Position numbers and translations under genes: made by a program | Notes under the pieces: generated by a model | What the model was told of the DNA's origin: nothing | Database searches by the model: none | Seen by the model: the letters and a program-made list of their open reading frames with translations, nothing else | Part shown: positions 18,667 to 27,956 of the stretch, piece after piece | Numbering within the stretch: the stretch's first letter is position 1 | Layout: the number at the start of each line of letters is the position of its first letter | Assembly (NCBI GenBank): GCA_964429025.1 | Contig: CAYSBF010000002.1 | Location: 12,249-76,248, forward strand | DNA: 64,000 nucleotides | Source: an uncultured Pelagibacterium sp. | GTDB taxonomy: Bacteria; Pseudomonadota; Alphaproteobacteria; Rhizobiales; Devosiaceae | Direction of reading: 5' to 3'

Positions 18667-20141
18667 TGGACAGGACCGGCATCACAAGACGGGCTTTCCT
18701 CACCGGCACCAGCCTCACGCTGGTCGCCGGCATTGCCGGCTGCACGACGCTTCTGGGCGGGAATTCGGACATCGCAACGCGCCAGATCGGCAGTCAGGCG
18801 CCGGCCGTGCCCGCAGGCACCGACCCCGAAGATGCGGTGATCGGGCTGCGCGAGCATCCGCGCATCATCTCGGCCTATGGCGGGGTCTATGAGCACCGCA
18901 GGACGGAAGTGATGCTGGCGCGCATGGTTTCGAACCTGCTGGCTGCCGCCGAACAGCCCAATACCCAATTCACCATCACCATTCTCGATTCGTCGGAAGT
19001 CAACGCCTTCGCGCTTCCGGGCGGCTTCATTTACGTAACGCGAGGCATTCTCGCGCTCGCCAACGACATGAGCGAACTGGCCGCCGTCATCGCCCATGAG
19101 ATTGCTCACGTGACGCTCCGCCACGCCCGGGCGCGCTCCAACAGGGTACGGACCTCAGAGATCGTCGACCGGGTGATCACCGGAGTGCTGGGCGGGGTGA
19201 TCGACCCCAATCAGACCGCGGAACGTACCGCACAATCGCTTGCGGCCTTCTCCCAAGCCCAGGAACTCGAAGCGGACCGCGAGGGTATCAAGATCGCGGC
19301 GCGCGCCGGCTATGATCCCCATGCGGCCGCGCGGTTCCTCACGGCCATGGGCCGGTTCGCCCAGTTCGCCTCAGCGGGCAATGGCGGGGAGGATTTTCTC
19401 TCCTCCCACCCCGCAACGCCAGACCGCATCCAGCGCGCCGCCGAAGTTGCGCGCTCCTACGGCCCGCCCGGCACCGGCGTTGCCGGCCGCGCGGAATATC
19501 TCGAGGCGATCGAGGGAATCGATTTCGGGGACTCGACCAAGCAGGGCGCGATCGTCGGCCAGCGCTATATCAACCCGGGCCAGAGGCTGACCTTTACAGC
19601 CCCGCGCGGCTACGAGCTTCAGATCTCCAACCAGGCGGTGGTGGCCGTCGCCAGCGACGGTGCGGCGCTGCGCTTTGATGGCGCCTCGGTTCCGGCCCAG
19701 ACCGGGCTTGCCGATTATCTGCGCTCGGGCTGGATCGCCGGACTGATGCCGGAAACCGTCGCCACCCGGACGGTCAACGGCATCGAAATGGCCTCGGGAC
19801 GCGCGCGCACCGAGCAATGGCATTTTCACGTGGCGGTCGCGCGCATCGACGGCAATGTCTACCGCTTCATTTTCGCAAGCAAGGAAGACACCGAAGCCTT
19901 CCGCCGCGCGGCCGAGGAAACCACCTCCAGCCTGCGCCGCACCCAGCCCTCCGACCTTGCGGCCATCCGCACGGTCAAGCTCCGCCTCGTTCGGGCCGGC
20001 GCAAATGACGATGCCGATACGCTCGCCACCCGCATGGGCTCGCTCAATCGCGGGCGCGAGCTGTTCCTCGTTGTCAACAATCTCTTGCCCGGCGACCCAG
20101 TGGAATCGGGCGCGCCGTACAAGATCGTGCGGGTGGAGTAG
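18666..20141 (+). CDS. M48 family Zn metalloprotease, Tat-exported lipoprotein
   Basis: TRRAFL twin-arginine motif plus IAGC lipobox; NAFALPGG, HEIAH, ELEAD, SSHP; LysM-like C-terminus; TAATG overlap with upstream gene. Confidence 0.88.
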   Translation: MDRTGITRRAFLTGTSLTLVAGIAGCTTLLGGNSDIATRQIGSQAPAVPAGTDPEDAVIGLREHPRIISAYGGVYEHRRTEVMLARMVSNLLAAAEQPNTQFTITILDSSEVNAFALPGGFIYVTRGILALANDMSELAAVIAHEIAHVTLRHARARSNRVRTSEIVDRVITGVLGGVIDPNQTAERTAQSLAAFSQAQELEADREGIKIAARAGYDPHAAARFLTAMGRFAQFASAGNGGEDFLSSHPATPDRIQRAAEVARSYGPPGTGVAGRAEYLEAIEGIDFGDSTKQGAIVGQRYINPGQRLTFTAPRGYELQISNQAVVAVASDGAALRFDGASVPAQTGLADYLRSGWIAGLMPETVATRTVNGIEMASGRARTEQWHFHVAVARIDGNVYRFIFASKEDTEAFRRAAEETTSSLRRTQPSDLAAIRTVKLRLVRAGANDDADTLATRMGSLNRGRELFLVVNNLLPGDPVESGAPYKIVRVE

Positions 20142-20208
20142 GGTCGGGCCCTGTCGTCCGAGCGTAGACAGGGCTACCTGCAAGAAGGATGCTCTCCGGA
20201 GGCTGGCA

Positions 20209-20565
20209 ATGTCGAAATTTACCGACCATGAGTCCTACATCACTGCAGCCCCTGAACAGTTCCGGCCCCTTCTGAGCCACATGCGATCGCAATTGGCCCG
20301 GGCTCTTCCCGACGCCGATGAGCTGATCATGTACGATATGCCCGGGTTCGGGTACGGAAAAACGATCGTCGCGAGCTATGCCGCCTTCAGCAAGCAATGT
20401 GGCGTCTATTTCGGCAAAGGCGCCATTGCCGCGCACAGCGACGAAATAGCCGCCGCCGGGCTCAAGGCCACAAAGACCGGCATTACCTTTTCGCCACGCA
20501 ATCCCATACCCGACGCGCTGCTCACAAAGCTCGCCCACGCTTCGCGCAAGGAAGCCGGCTTCTGA
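20209..20565 (+). CDS. DUF1801 (YdhG-like) protein
   Basis: Size and pattern: YITAAP..., E.I.YDMPGF, AAFSKQCGVY, PIPDALL. Confidence 0.7.
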   Translation: MSKFTDHESYITAAPEQFRPLLSHMRSQLARALPDADELIMYDMPGFGYGKTIVASYAAFSKQCGVYFGKGAIAAHSDEIAAAGLKATKTGITFSPRNPIPDALLTKLAHASRKEAGF

Positions 20566-20614
20566 AGGTCCGGGGCCATTGTGGCGCGATGAGTGCCACT
20601 CAGATAGATGAAAC

Positions 20615-20644
20615 AAAAAAGGCCGGTCCCGATGGGCCGGCCTT
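20615..20644 (-). terminator. Intrinsic terminator after carD (likely bidirectional)
   Basis: aaggccggtccc-gat-gggccggcctt hairpin with A6 (U-tract on minus strand). Confidence 0.8.
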
Positions 20645-20667
20645 GTTGCTTCAAACCGAGACAGCGC

Positions 20668-21225
20668 CTACGCGGCTTCCTCGGCCGCTTCATCGGACTT
20701 GGCGGCCCGGCGCGGGTTCTTTGAAAGGTTCTTGGTGATGAGCTTGACCGCCTCGGTCAGCGTGATCTTGTTGACGGCGGCGATTTCGCGGCTCATGCGG
20801 TCCATGGCCTGCTCGAACAGCTGGCGTTCCGAATAGGACTGCTCGGGCTGGTCCTCGGAGCGGTAGAGATCGCGCACGACCTCGGAAATCGCAATGAGAT
20901 CGCCCGAATTGATCTTTGCCTCATATTCCTGGGCGCGGCGGCTCCACATGGTGCGCTTGACGCGCGCGCGGCCGGTCACGGTCTCCAGCGCCTTGGCAAT
21001 GGTCTCGGGCTCGGCGAGCTTGCGCATGCCGACGGAATTGATCTTGGCAACAGGTACGCGCAGCGTGAGCTTGTCCTGCTCGAAGCTGATGACGAACAGC
21101 TCGAGGCTCAGTCCTGCTACTTCCTGCTCCTCGATTGCATTGATAAGGCCAACACCATGAGCGGGGTAAACGATATACTCGCCGGTCTTGAACCCCGCAC
21201 GCTGCGTGGTCTTTTTAGTTGCCAT
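20668..21225 (-). CDS. carD: CarD/CdnL RNA polymerase-binding transcription factor
   Basis: YIVYPAHGVG, GMRKL, WSRRAQEYEAKINSGD motifs; C-terminal AA. Confidence 0.93.
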   Translation of the reverse strand: MATKKTTQRAGFKTGEYIVYPAHGVGLINAIEEQEVAGLSLELFVISFEQDKLTLRVPVAKINSVGMRKLAEPETIAKALETVTGRARVKRTMWSRRAQEYEAKINSGDLIAISEVVRDLYRSEDQPEQSYSERQLFEQAMDRMSREIAAVNKITLTEAVKLITKNLSKNPRRAAKSDEAAEEAA

Positions 21226-21390
21226 GGGGCTACTCCTGTTGACGCCTTTTATGGACACGTTCGATTAAGGCCGACGCGTCTCACAAATGATACCTGGACA
21301 GTCCGGGATGGGCCGTCGCGCCAATCGCATTGTCCTCCTGGCCGGACCAACAAACCCGGCCAGTTCTGCACCCGTTTGACATTCTGTCAC

Positions 21391-21411
21391 AAAAAAATGC
21401 CCTTAGGGCAT
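21391..21411 (-). terminator. Terminator-like hairpin within the predicted carD 5' leader
   Basis: Minus strand ATGCCC-TAA-GGGCAT followed by T7. Confidence 0.5.
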
Positions 21412-21447
21412 GGTTCGGAGCGAGGAGTTCAACGACTGGTTGTGGAA

Positions 21448-21476
21448 ACAATACCACAGTTTTGCGACAAAATCAA
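21448..21476 (-). promoter_or_regulatory. Sigma70-type promoter upstream of carD
   Basis: Minus strand TTGATT-N17-TATTGT with TG extended -10. Confidence 0.55.
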
Positions 21477-21562
21477 AAGTTACGAATCAGCGCTCTAGCC
21501 GGGCCGGCAACTGACGCCGGACCCTGATGGAAAGCAAAGGCGGATGCCGCACTTTCTGCGGC

Positions 21563-21901
21563 CTAGTCACCCTCGCCCGGCGCTTCGGAAAAATACTTCT
21601 CGAACTTGCCCTCGACCCCGTCCATCTCGGCCGCCTCCGGCAGCGGCTCGCGCTTTTCGGTCAGATTGGGCCAGACCGAGGCATATTTGGCGTTCACCTC
21701 GAGCCAGTGATCGAGCCCGGATTCAGTATCGGGCTTGATGGCTTCCGCCGGGCATTCGGGCTCGCATACCCCGCAATCGATGCACTCGTCGGGATGGATG
21801 ACGAGCATGTTCTCGCCCTCATAGAAACAGTCGACCGGGCATACCTCCACGCAGTCGGTATACTTGCACTTGATGCAGTTGTCGGTAACGACATAGGTCA
21901 T
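21563..21901 (-). CDS. fdxA: Ferredoxin FdxA (7Fe type)
   Basis: [17 protein letters not shown] and [12 protein letters not shown] motifs. Confidence 0.95.
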   Translation of the reverse strand: MTYVVTDNCIKCKYTDCVEVCPVDCFYEGENMLVIHPDECIDCGVCEPECPAEAIKPDTESGLDHWLEVNAKYASVWPNLTEKREPLPEAAEMDGVEGKFEKYFSEAPGEGD

Positions 21902-22031
21902 GGAGCCAGGGTCCGATGAGGCAGAAGACTGTGAGGCGCACCGGCACCTTCCGCCGGTCGGGCTTGGTTGCTAAACGGTTTTGACCGGTGTTTCAAGACC
22001 GCTTTGTGCCACATCCGGGCCCGCGAACGGA

Positions 22032-22328
22032 TCAGCTTTCCGCCTTTGGAACGACGGGCGAAATATCCTCGTATAGTGCTGCGGCAACGGTTGCCGACCC
22101 GCGCCGTTCCGCAATCGCGACGACCTTGAGCACCCTCAGCCGCCCATGGACGAGAATGGTCAGTCCGTCACCCGTTCCTACGCGGTAGTCGGGGCCCGTG
22201 ACACGCTGCCCGTTGACCCGCACCGCGCCGCTCTCGACGAGCTTTTGCGCCAAGGTCCGGCTCTTGGTCACGCGTGCGTGCCATAGCCATTTGTCGAGAC
22301 GCTGCCGGACGGGCGCGGGCGCTGTCAC
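22032..22328 (-). CDS. hslR: S4-domain RNA-binding protein (Hsp15/HslR-like)
   Basis: RLDKWLWHAR..KSRTLA...GAVRVNG, ERRGSA; GTGA overlap with helicase stop. Confidence 0.8.
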   Translation of the reverse strand: MTAPAPVRQRLDKWLWHARVTKSRTLAQKLVESGAVRVNGQRVTGPDYRVGTGDGLTILVHGRLRVLKVVAIAERRGSATVAAALYEDISPVVPKAES

Positions 22329-25171
22329 TGCCGCGTCTTGAGCGCGGCGAGCGCCGCGAACGGGGAGTCGGGGTCGATCGGCTTTTCGCGCCGCTCGGGG
22401 CGCGGGCGGTGATCCTGGCGCTTGTCTTCGCGCGGTCCCTTGTTTGCCTGCTTGCCCTTGTTCTTGAACGGCTTGCCGTGGCCATTGGCGCGCTGGTCGC
22501 CGCCCTCACGGCGCCCCTGCGGACGCGAACCCTTGTTGCGCTCGGGGCGCTTGCCACCGGGGAACCAGACTTCGTCAAATTGCGGCTCCTGGGGCGCGAC
22601 AGTCTCGGCATCCCGGGGCTGAACCGCCTCACCTTCCGGCGCTTCCGCCGTAACGGCTTCCGCCGCTTCAGCCGCCGCGGCCGCTTCGCCGGGAACAGGT
22701 TCGGCACCTTCGACCGCAGGCCCTGCCGGTGGCTTGGGCGTGCGGCGCACCCGATAGCCCAGCGATTTGAGCACCGAGGCAAAATCCTCGCCCGCACAGC
22801 CGAGAAGCGAAGTCATCTCGACCGTGACGCGGAACCCATTGGCTTCTGCCGCGCCATCGGGCGGCGGCGTATCGACGGGCCGGTTGGCGTCGTACGCGAT
22901 AAGCGGGCGGATGATGTCGGCAAGCCGCTCGAGGATATCGACCCGCACGATGCGGCCGCCGGCCACCTTGAACCCCCCGACCTCATAGACCCGTGGGTTA
23001 AAGTTCGGATCGATGGGAAAGGATGTGCGGCCAGAAAGGATGATATGGGGCAATTCGGCAATGCCGGGCTGGCGCACCCCACCATTCTTGAGGCCCCACA
23101 GGATCAGCGCCAACTCGCGCGGCGCAGGCTTTAGGCTGAGCGGCACATAGATGTGGTAGGCGCCGAACTTGACCCCGAGCTTGCGCATCTTGGCGCGCGT
23201 GTCCTGATCGAGGCCCTTCACTTCCTCGGCCACATCGGCGCGGGCAATGATGCCGAGATTTTCGCAAAGCCGATAGGCGAGCCCGCGGGCGGTGCCTTCA
23301 AGCTCGGCCGGCTCCCTGAGCGCAAGGATCTGTTCGAGCTGGGTATTGATATGGTGCCGAAGCCAAAGCGACAGCCGCTCCTCGACCTTTTCCAGATCGG
23401 GCCCCGAAAGGCTTTCATCGGCCAGGATGATGATGCGGGGGCTGAAAAGATCCGGCCCCTCGGCAAGTTCGGCCACCACCTCGCCGCGCCAGCGGATGAC
23501 GCCGTCGGTGCTCAGCACGAACTCCTCATTGGGCGCGCCGCCGAGCCTGTCCGCGCGCTTTGCGATTTCGGGCGCGATTACCGAACCGGCGGTCGAGCGC
23601 AGCGTCTTGGAATCAGTCTCCCCCTCGATGCGCGAGAGCGTGAAGCGGAAACCTTCGATCGTGCCGATGGTGTGCCCCTCGACCGTCACTTCGCCGTTTT
23701 CGGTAATTTGCGGTGATACCATATGTTTGTCTCTTAGATGGCGCATCAGGACCGATGTCCGGCGATCGACGAAACGCTGTATCAGCCTTTCATGCAATGC
23801 GTCGGACAGCGCATCTTCTATCTTGCGGGTTCTTTCGCGCCAGTAATCGGGATCTTCCAGCCAGTGCCTGCGATTGGATATGAACGTCCAGGTCCGGATC
23901 TGGCGGATACGGTTGGACAGGGTGTCGATGTCACCTTCCGTATTCTCGCAGAAGCGGACCTGCTCGGCAATCCAGTCCGCATCGATCTTTCCACCCCGCG
24001 CGAGGTCTGAAAAGACCCTGGCGATGATTTCGCCATGAGCGGCGGGCGAGATGTCGCGGTAATCGGGAATCTGGCAACATTCCCAGGCCAGTTCCACGCC
24101 TTTGGTACCGGTGGCAAGACGCCCCTCCTCGCGCCGCATCAGAAATTCGAGCGCTCGCTGGTCGGTCGCCACCGGCACCCGGGTGAGCGCAGGATGTTCG
24201 GGCGTTTTTTCCAGACTCGCATGCAAGGCTGCGAGCGAGCCGAGATCGAGCACGCGGTTACGCCATTGCAGGACCTTGACCGGCTCGAAATCATGCGCTT
24301 CGAGCCGCTCGATCGTCTCTTCATCGAAGGGTTCGCACCCGCCCGTCACACCGAATGTTCCATCGCGCATATGGCGGCCGGCGCGGCCCGCGATCTGTCC
24401 GATTTCGGCCGGGACCAGCGGGCGGTAAAGCCGTCCGTCAAATTTGGAATCCGAAGCGAAGGCCACATGGGTGACGTCGAGATTGAGCCCCATGCCGATG
24501 GCATCGGTGGCAACGAGAAAATCAACGTCCCCATTCTGGAACAGCTCGACCTGAGCATTGCGCGTGCGCGGGGAGAGCGCGCCCATGACCACCGCAGCGC
24601 CCCCGCGCTCGCGGCGCAGCAATTCGGCAATGGCATAGACCTCACTCGCCGAAAAGGCGACGACCGCGGAACGGCGCGGCAGGCGCGATATGCGTTTCGA
24701 GCCCGCCCAGCTGAGCTTTGAAAAGCGCGGCCGGAACTGGATGTCGGCATGCGGGAGCAGCCTGCGGATGACCGGCTCCATCGTCTGAGCGCCGAGCAGC
24801 AGCGTTTCCGTCATTCCCCGCGCATGAAGAATGCGGTCGGTGAAAACGTGGCCGCGGTCGAAATCGATGGCAGTCTGGATTTCGTCAATGGCAAGGAAAT
24901 CGGTCGTGAGGTCGGACGGCATGGCCTCGACCGTCGCCACCCAATAGCGCGCCGCCTTGGGCACGATCCGCTCCTCGCCGGTCACCAGCGCCACGCTCGC
25001 CTCCCCCGCGCGCTCGACGATCCGGGCATAGACCTCGCGCGCCAGGAGCCTGAGCGGCAGGCCGATCAGCCCCGACCGGTGCGCGAGCATGCGCTCGATC
25101 GCATAGTGTGTCTTGCCGGTATTGGTCGGACCAAGCACGGCTTTGACCGATTGGGAAGGCAGCAGGGACAT
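22325..25171 (-). CDS. Suv3-like SF2 ATP-dependent helicase
   Basis: LGPTNTGKT, DEIQ, TDAIGMGLN, QIAGRAGR motifs as in Suv3; low-complexity charged tail. Start set at ATG 25171. Confidence 0.88.
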   Translation of the reverse strand: MSLLPSQSVKAVLGPTNTGKTHYAIERMLAHRSGLIGLPLRLLAREVYARIVERAGEASVALVTGEERIVPKAARYWVATVEAMPSDLTTDFLAIDEIQTAIDFDRGHVFTDRILHARGMTETLLLGAQTMEPVIRRLLPHADIQFRPRFSKLSWAGSKRISRLPRRSAVVAFSASEVYAIAELLRRERGGAAVVMGALSPRTRNAQVELFQNGDVDFLVATDAIGMGLNLDVTHVAFASDSKFDGRLYRPLVPAEIGQIAGRAGRHMRDGTFGVTGGCEPFDEETIERLEAHDFEPVKVLQWRNRVLDLGSLAALHASLEKTPEHPALTRVPVATDQRALEFLMRREEGRLATGTKGVELAWECCQIPDYRDISPAAHGEIIARVFSDLARGGKIDADWIAEQVRFCENTEGDIDTLSNRIRQIRTWTFISNRRHWLEDPDYWRERTRKIEDALSDALHERLIQRFVDRRTSVLMRHLRDKHMVSPQITENGEVTVEGHTIGTIEGFRFTLSRIEGETDSKTLRSTAGSVIAPEIAKRADRLGGAPNEEFVLSTDGVIRWRGEVVAELAEGPDLFSPRIIILADESLSGPDLEKVEERLSLWLRHHINTQLEQILALREPAELEGTARGLAYRLCENLGIIARADVAEEVKGLDQDTRAKMRKLGVKFGAYHIYVPLSLKPAPRELALILWGLKNGGVRQPGIAELPHIILSGRTSFPIDPNFNPRVYEVGGFKVAGGRIVRVDILERLADIIRPLIAYDANRPVDTPPPDGAAEANGFRVTVEMTSLLGCAGEDFASVLKSLGYRVRRTPKPPAGPAVEGAEPVPGEAAAAAEAAEAVTAEAPEGEAVQPRDAETVAPQEPQFDEVWFPGGKRPERNKGSRPQGRREGGDQRANGHGKPFKNKGKQANKGPREDKRQDHRPRPERREKPIDPDSPFAALAALKTRQ

Positions 25172-25279
25172 GAGGGAAAAAAGCCAGGGCTGATATGAGT
25201 CGGGCGCGCGGCGCACATCCAAAGTGGTGTACCGAAACGGGAAACGCAATGGCGGTTTTGATGTCCGAATTAAGATTTC

Positions 25280-25294
25280 GAACGAACAAGGAAC
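25280..25294 (-). promoter_or_regulatory. Alphaproteobacterial LexA (SOS) box
   Basis: GAAC-gaacaag-GAAC on plus strand (GTTC-N7-GTTC on minus), 109 bp upstream of helicase ATG. Confidence 0.7.
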
Positions 25295-25446
25295 AAACTC
25301 GGTCCGAATCGGGCCGGAATCACGAGTCCGGCTTTGTTCTGCACAGCATGTTGTGGGTATGAACACGCGACTCACACAAGAAGGAACGGCACCGCCGCCA
25401 GAACCTCGCCAATGGCGCTCGAAAGGCCACATCGCGTTCATCTTGG

Positions 25447-25462
25447 TTACCACGAGGTTAAC
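25447..25462. promoter_or_regulatory. CtrA-like site
   Basis: TTAC-cacgagg-TTAAC; 7/8 match to TTAA-N7-TTAA. Confidence 0.4.
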
Positions 25463-25655
25463 CACCCGCATTCACGGCCGAATCTTAAGCACTGATTGAC
25501 GCAGAAAATTTTCACGCTGGCGGCGCTGTAAACGGCAAAAACCCGGCAAACCTGGCACCGGATTCGTGTCCTGTTGGCAAAAAAGATTTTGACCGTTCCG
25601 GAATGGGACAGGCCGGCGCGCCCAGGCACGACGGCAGCCGGCGTGAACAGACCTG

Positions 25656-26447
25656 TTACTGGATGGACGTCAGGACCATTGAGAGGTCCCCGAAACTCGT
25701 ACCGATCAGCACGCGGTAGGGGATGAAAAAGCCGCTGTCCCCCAAGGGCGCAAACCACGCCATCATGCGCTGGTTGTTCCTGAGATAGGCCGTGATCTCG
25801 GACGAGTTGAAATGGCCTGAAATCGGATGGTAGCGCATGGCGCAGGCAATGACCGGTCCCTGATAGCCGGTCCGGCTCGAGGTTGCCGTGTCCATCCGGG
25901 CGAAGGAAAGCTGCAGATCGAACCGTTCAATGCCGGTGAATATCGCCATCGAGCGGTTGCAAAGGCTTTCATCGAGCCCCGCCCCGCGCAGGATGAAGCT
26001 TGCAATGGGATCGTTGACCCCACGCCTATGCGCCGCCGTCACCGGCACGCGATCAGGATTTTCTGGCAGGGCCGGGCTGACGCTTGCATGATTGGCATTG
26101 CCGCCAGCATACCGCGCCTCGACCGAAAAGCGTTCGGTACTTGTGCGCGTTTCGAGATAAAAGCGCTCCGAGGCGAGACCTGTTCCGGTGACCCTGCCGC
26201 CCGAATTGACCGCGCCCGATCCTTGCGCGACGATCTGGGCAAGTCCTATGACCTCGGCGGAAAGATCGAGCTGATAGGCGCTCCCCTCGAAATTGAGGCG
26301 CACGCCGAGATAGGCGACATTGATCCCGTTGAGGGTCACCACATATTGAGCGACCGTCCCTGGCTGCTGGGCCAGGGCAGCAAAGGCCGAAAAAAGAGAA
26401 AAGGTGACAACGGCCAGCGACCGGGCAAGGGTATTCAGCACGCGCAA
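25656..26447 (-). CDS. Exported DUF3108-like protein
   Basis: Signal peptide, beta-rich; DPIAS, FTGIERFDL, WFAPL motifs. Confidence 0.7.
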   Translation of the reverse strand: MRVLNTLARSLAVVTFSLFSAFAALAQQPGTVAQYVVTLNGINVAYLGVRLNFEGSAYQLDLSAEVIGLAQIVAQGSGAVNSGGRVTGTGLASERFYLETRTSTERFSVEARYAGGNANHASVSPALPENPDRVPVTAAHRRGVNDPIASFILRGAGLDESLCNRSMAIFTGIERFDLQLSFARMDTATSSRTGYQGPVIACAMRYHPISGHFNSSEITAYLRNNQRMMAWFAPLGDSGFFIPYRVLIGTSFGDLSMVLTSIQ

Positions 26448-26733
26448 AGCTCACACATAACTTGCCGCATCCGGCAGGGAGACGGCGGGCCGCAAACGAA
26501 TCAGGGTGCCAACCAGCCTGCCTGCCCGATTCCCGTCTGTCCAGATTGGGCCGGATCATAAAAGCCACAGGATCAGGACCGTTAATTCGATGCGCACGAC
26601 GCTGCCGGATTTGGCCAGCCCGGCAGGATAGACGTGCAGCGCGTGTTGATACGCGAGCGAAGGCTTGACGCACCGGATAGTCGTTTTCTCCGCCATAGTG
26701 AGTGCGGAATCAGCAGGTCCTGACCCTAGATGC

Positions 26734-26762
26734 TTGACGCGCGGGGCGCCTTTGTCTATTTA
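26734..26762 (+). promoter_or_regulatory. Promoter of rpmB
   Basis: TTGACG-N17-TATTTA. Confidence 0.6.
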
Positions 26763-26844
26763 GCCGCCAACCTTCTAACAAACCCAGGCTTGTGCGCTGG
26801 GGGCTTGCCCCGGCGCCGGTCTTTGATTGACAGGATTTACGATT

Positions 26845-27129
26845 ATGGCTCGGCGCTGTGAATTGACCGGCAAGGGCGTTATGACCGGCAACAATGTGAG
26901 CCACGCGCTCAACCGGACCCGCCGCCGTTTTCTGCCCAACCTTTGCGATGTGACGCTGATTTCCGAGGCGCTCGACCGTCAGGTCAAGCTGCGCGTTTCG
27001 GCTGCTGCCCTGCGCACTGTCGAGCACCGCGGCGGTCTCGACGCCTTCCTGATGAAGGCCAATGATACGGACCTTTCGGACCGTGCCCTCGGCCTGAAGA
27101 AGGAAATCCGCCAGGCGCTTGCCAGCTGA
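26845..27129 (+). CDS. rpmB: 50S ribosomal protein L28
   Basis: [21 protein letters not shown]...TRRRFLPNL. Confidence 0.97.
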   Translation: MARRCELTGKGVMTGNNVSHALNRTRRRFLPNLCDVTLISEALDRQVKLRVSAAALRTVEHRGGLDAFLMKANDTDLSDRALGLKKEIRQALAS

Positions 27130-27307
27130 GCTGGGCCGAGCTTGGGCTTTAAAATATTTCAGCGCCGTGTCCGGCACCCGGGCGCGGCGCTTGGCTTTTC
27201 CCACTTGCTGGGATAAGCACGCCTGCTGTCAGCGCCGGTCACCTGCCGGTTCGCTGCAATGGATTTAACCGGCGGTCACTTGCCGCTTTTGGGAAGGTTG
27301 CGCCAAA

Positions 27308-27943
27308 ATGAGGCGTTTTGTTCTGGCCGTTCTGGCCATGGCGGTCGTTGTGACCGCGTCCAATTTTCTCGTTCAGTTTCCGGTCAAGGCCAGGATCAGT
27401 GGCGTCGATCTCGCCGAAATCCTCACCTGGGGTGCCTTCACCTACCCGCTTGCCTTCATGGTCAACGACCTCACCAACCGCCATTTCGGTCCGGTGGCGG
27501 CGCGCAAGGTGGTTCTGGTCGGCTTTGCCATTGCAGTCGCGATGAGCATATCCCTCGCCTCGCCGCGCATCGCCATAGCCTCTGGCACCGCCTTCCTCAT
27601 CGCCCAATTGCTCGATACGCAGGTCTTCGACCGTTTGCGCGCTGCAAGCTGGTGGAAGGCCCCGCTGGTCTCGTCCACCTTTGGTTCGGCCATCGATACG
27701 GTGCTGTTTTTCGGCATCGCCTTTGCCGCAAGCTTTGCCTTTATCGACACCGGGCTGGGCTATGAGGATTCCTCGCTCGCCTTCCCAGTGCCGTTCCTCT
27801 CGGTCTTCGGCTTCCAGACCCCGCTCTGGATATCGCTGGCAGCAGGCGATTTCATCGTCAAGCTGCTCGTCGCGCTGGTATTGCTTGCGCCTTACAGGAT
27901 GTTGCGCGGGGTCATCCCCGATCGCATGGCCAAAGCGGCTTAA
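27308..27943 (+). CDS. Queuosine precursor transporter (VUT/YhhQ family)
   Basis: Multi-TM; TWGAFTYP, RIAIASGTAF..AQLLD, D.VLFF.IAF motifs. Confidence 0.85.
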   Translation: MRRFVLAVLAMAVVVTASNFLVQFPVKARISGVDLAEILTWGAFTYPLAFMVNDLTNRHFGPVAARKVVLVGFAIAVAMSISLASPRIAIASGTAFLIAQLLDTQVFDRLRAASWWKAPLVSSTFGSAIDTVLFFGIAFAASFAFIDTGLGYEDSSLAFPVPFLSVFGFQTPLWISLAAGDFIVKLLVALVLLAPYRMLRGVIPDRMAKAA

Positions 27944-27956
27944 ACGTTGGCAGATT

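Noticed and set aside
25172-25471. 100-aa N-terminal extension of the helicase in the ORF track
   Set aside because: Runs through the regulatory region containing the LexA box; Suv3-like homology starts near ATG 25171.
27130-27307. Possible preQ1 riboswitch upstream of the VUT transporter
   Set aside because: Only a generic 7-bp hairpin (gccggtt/aaccggc); no preQ1 consensus or A-rich tail.
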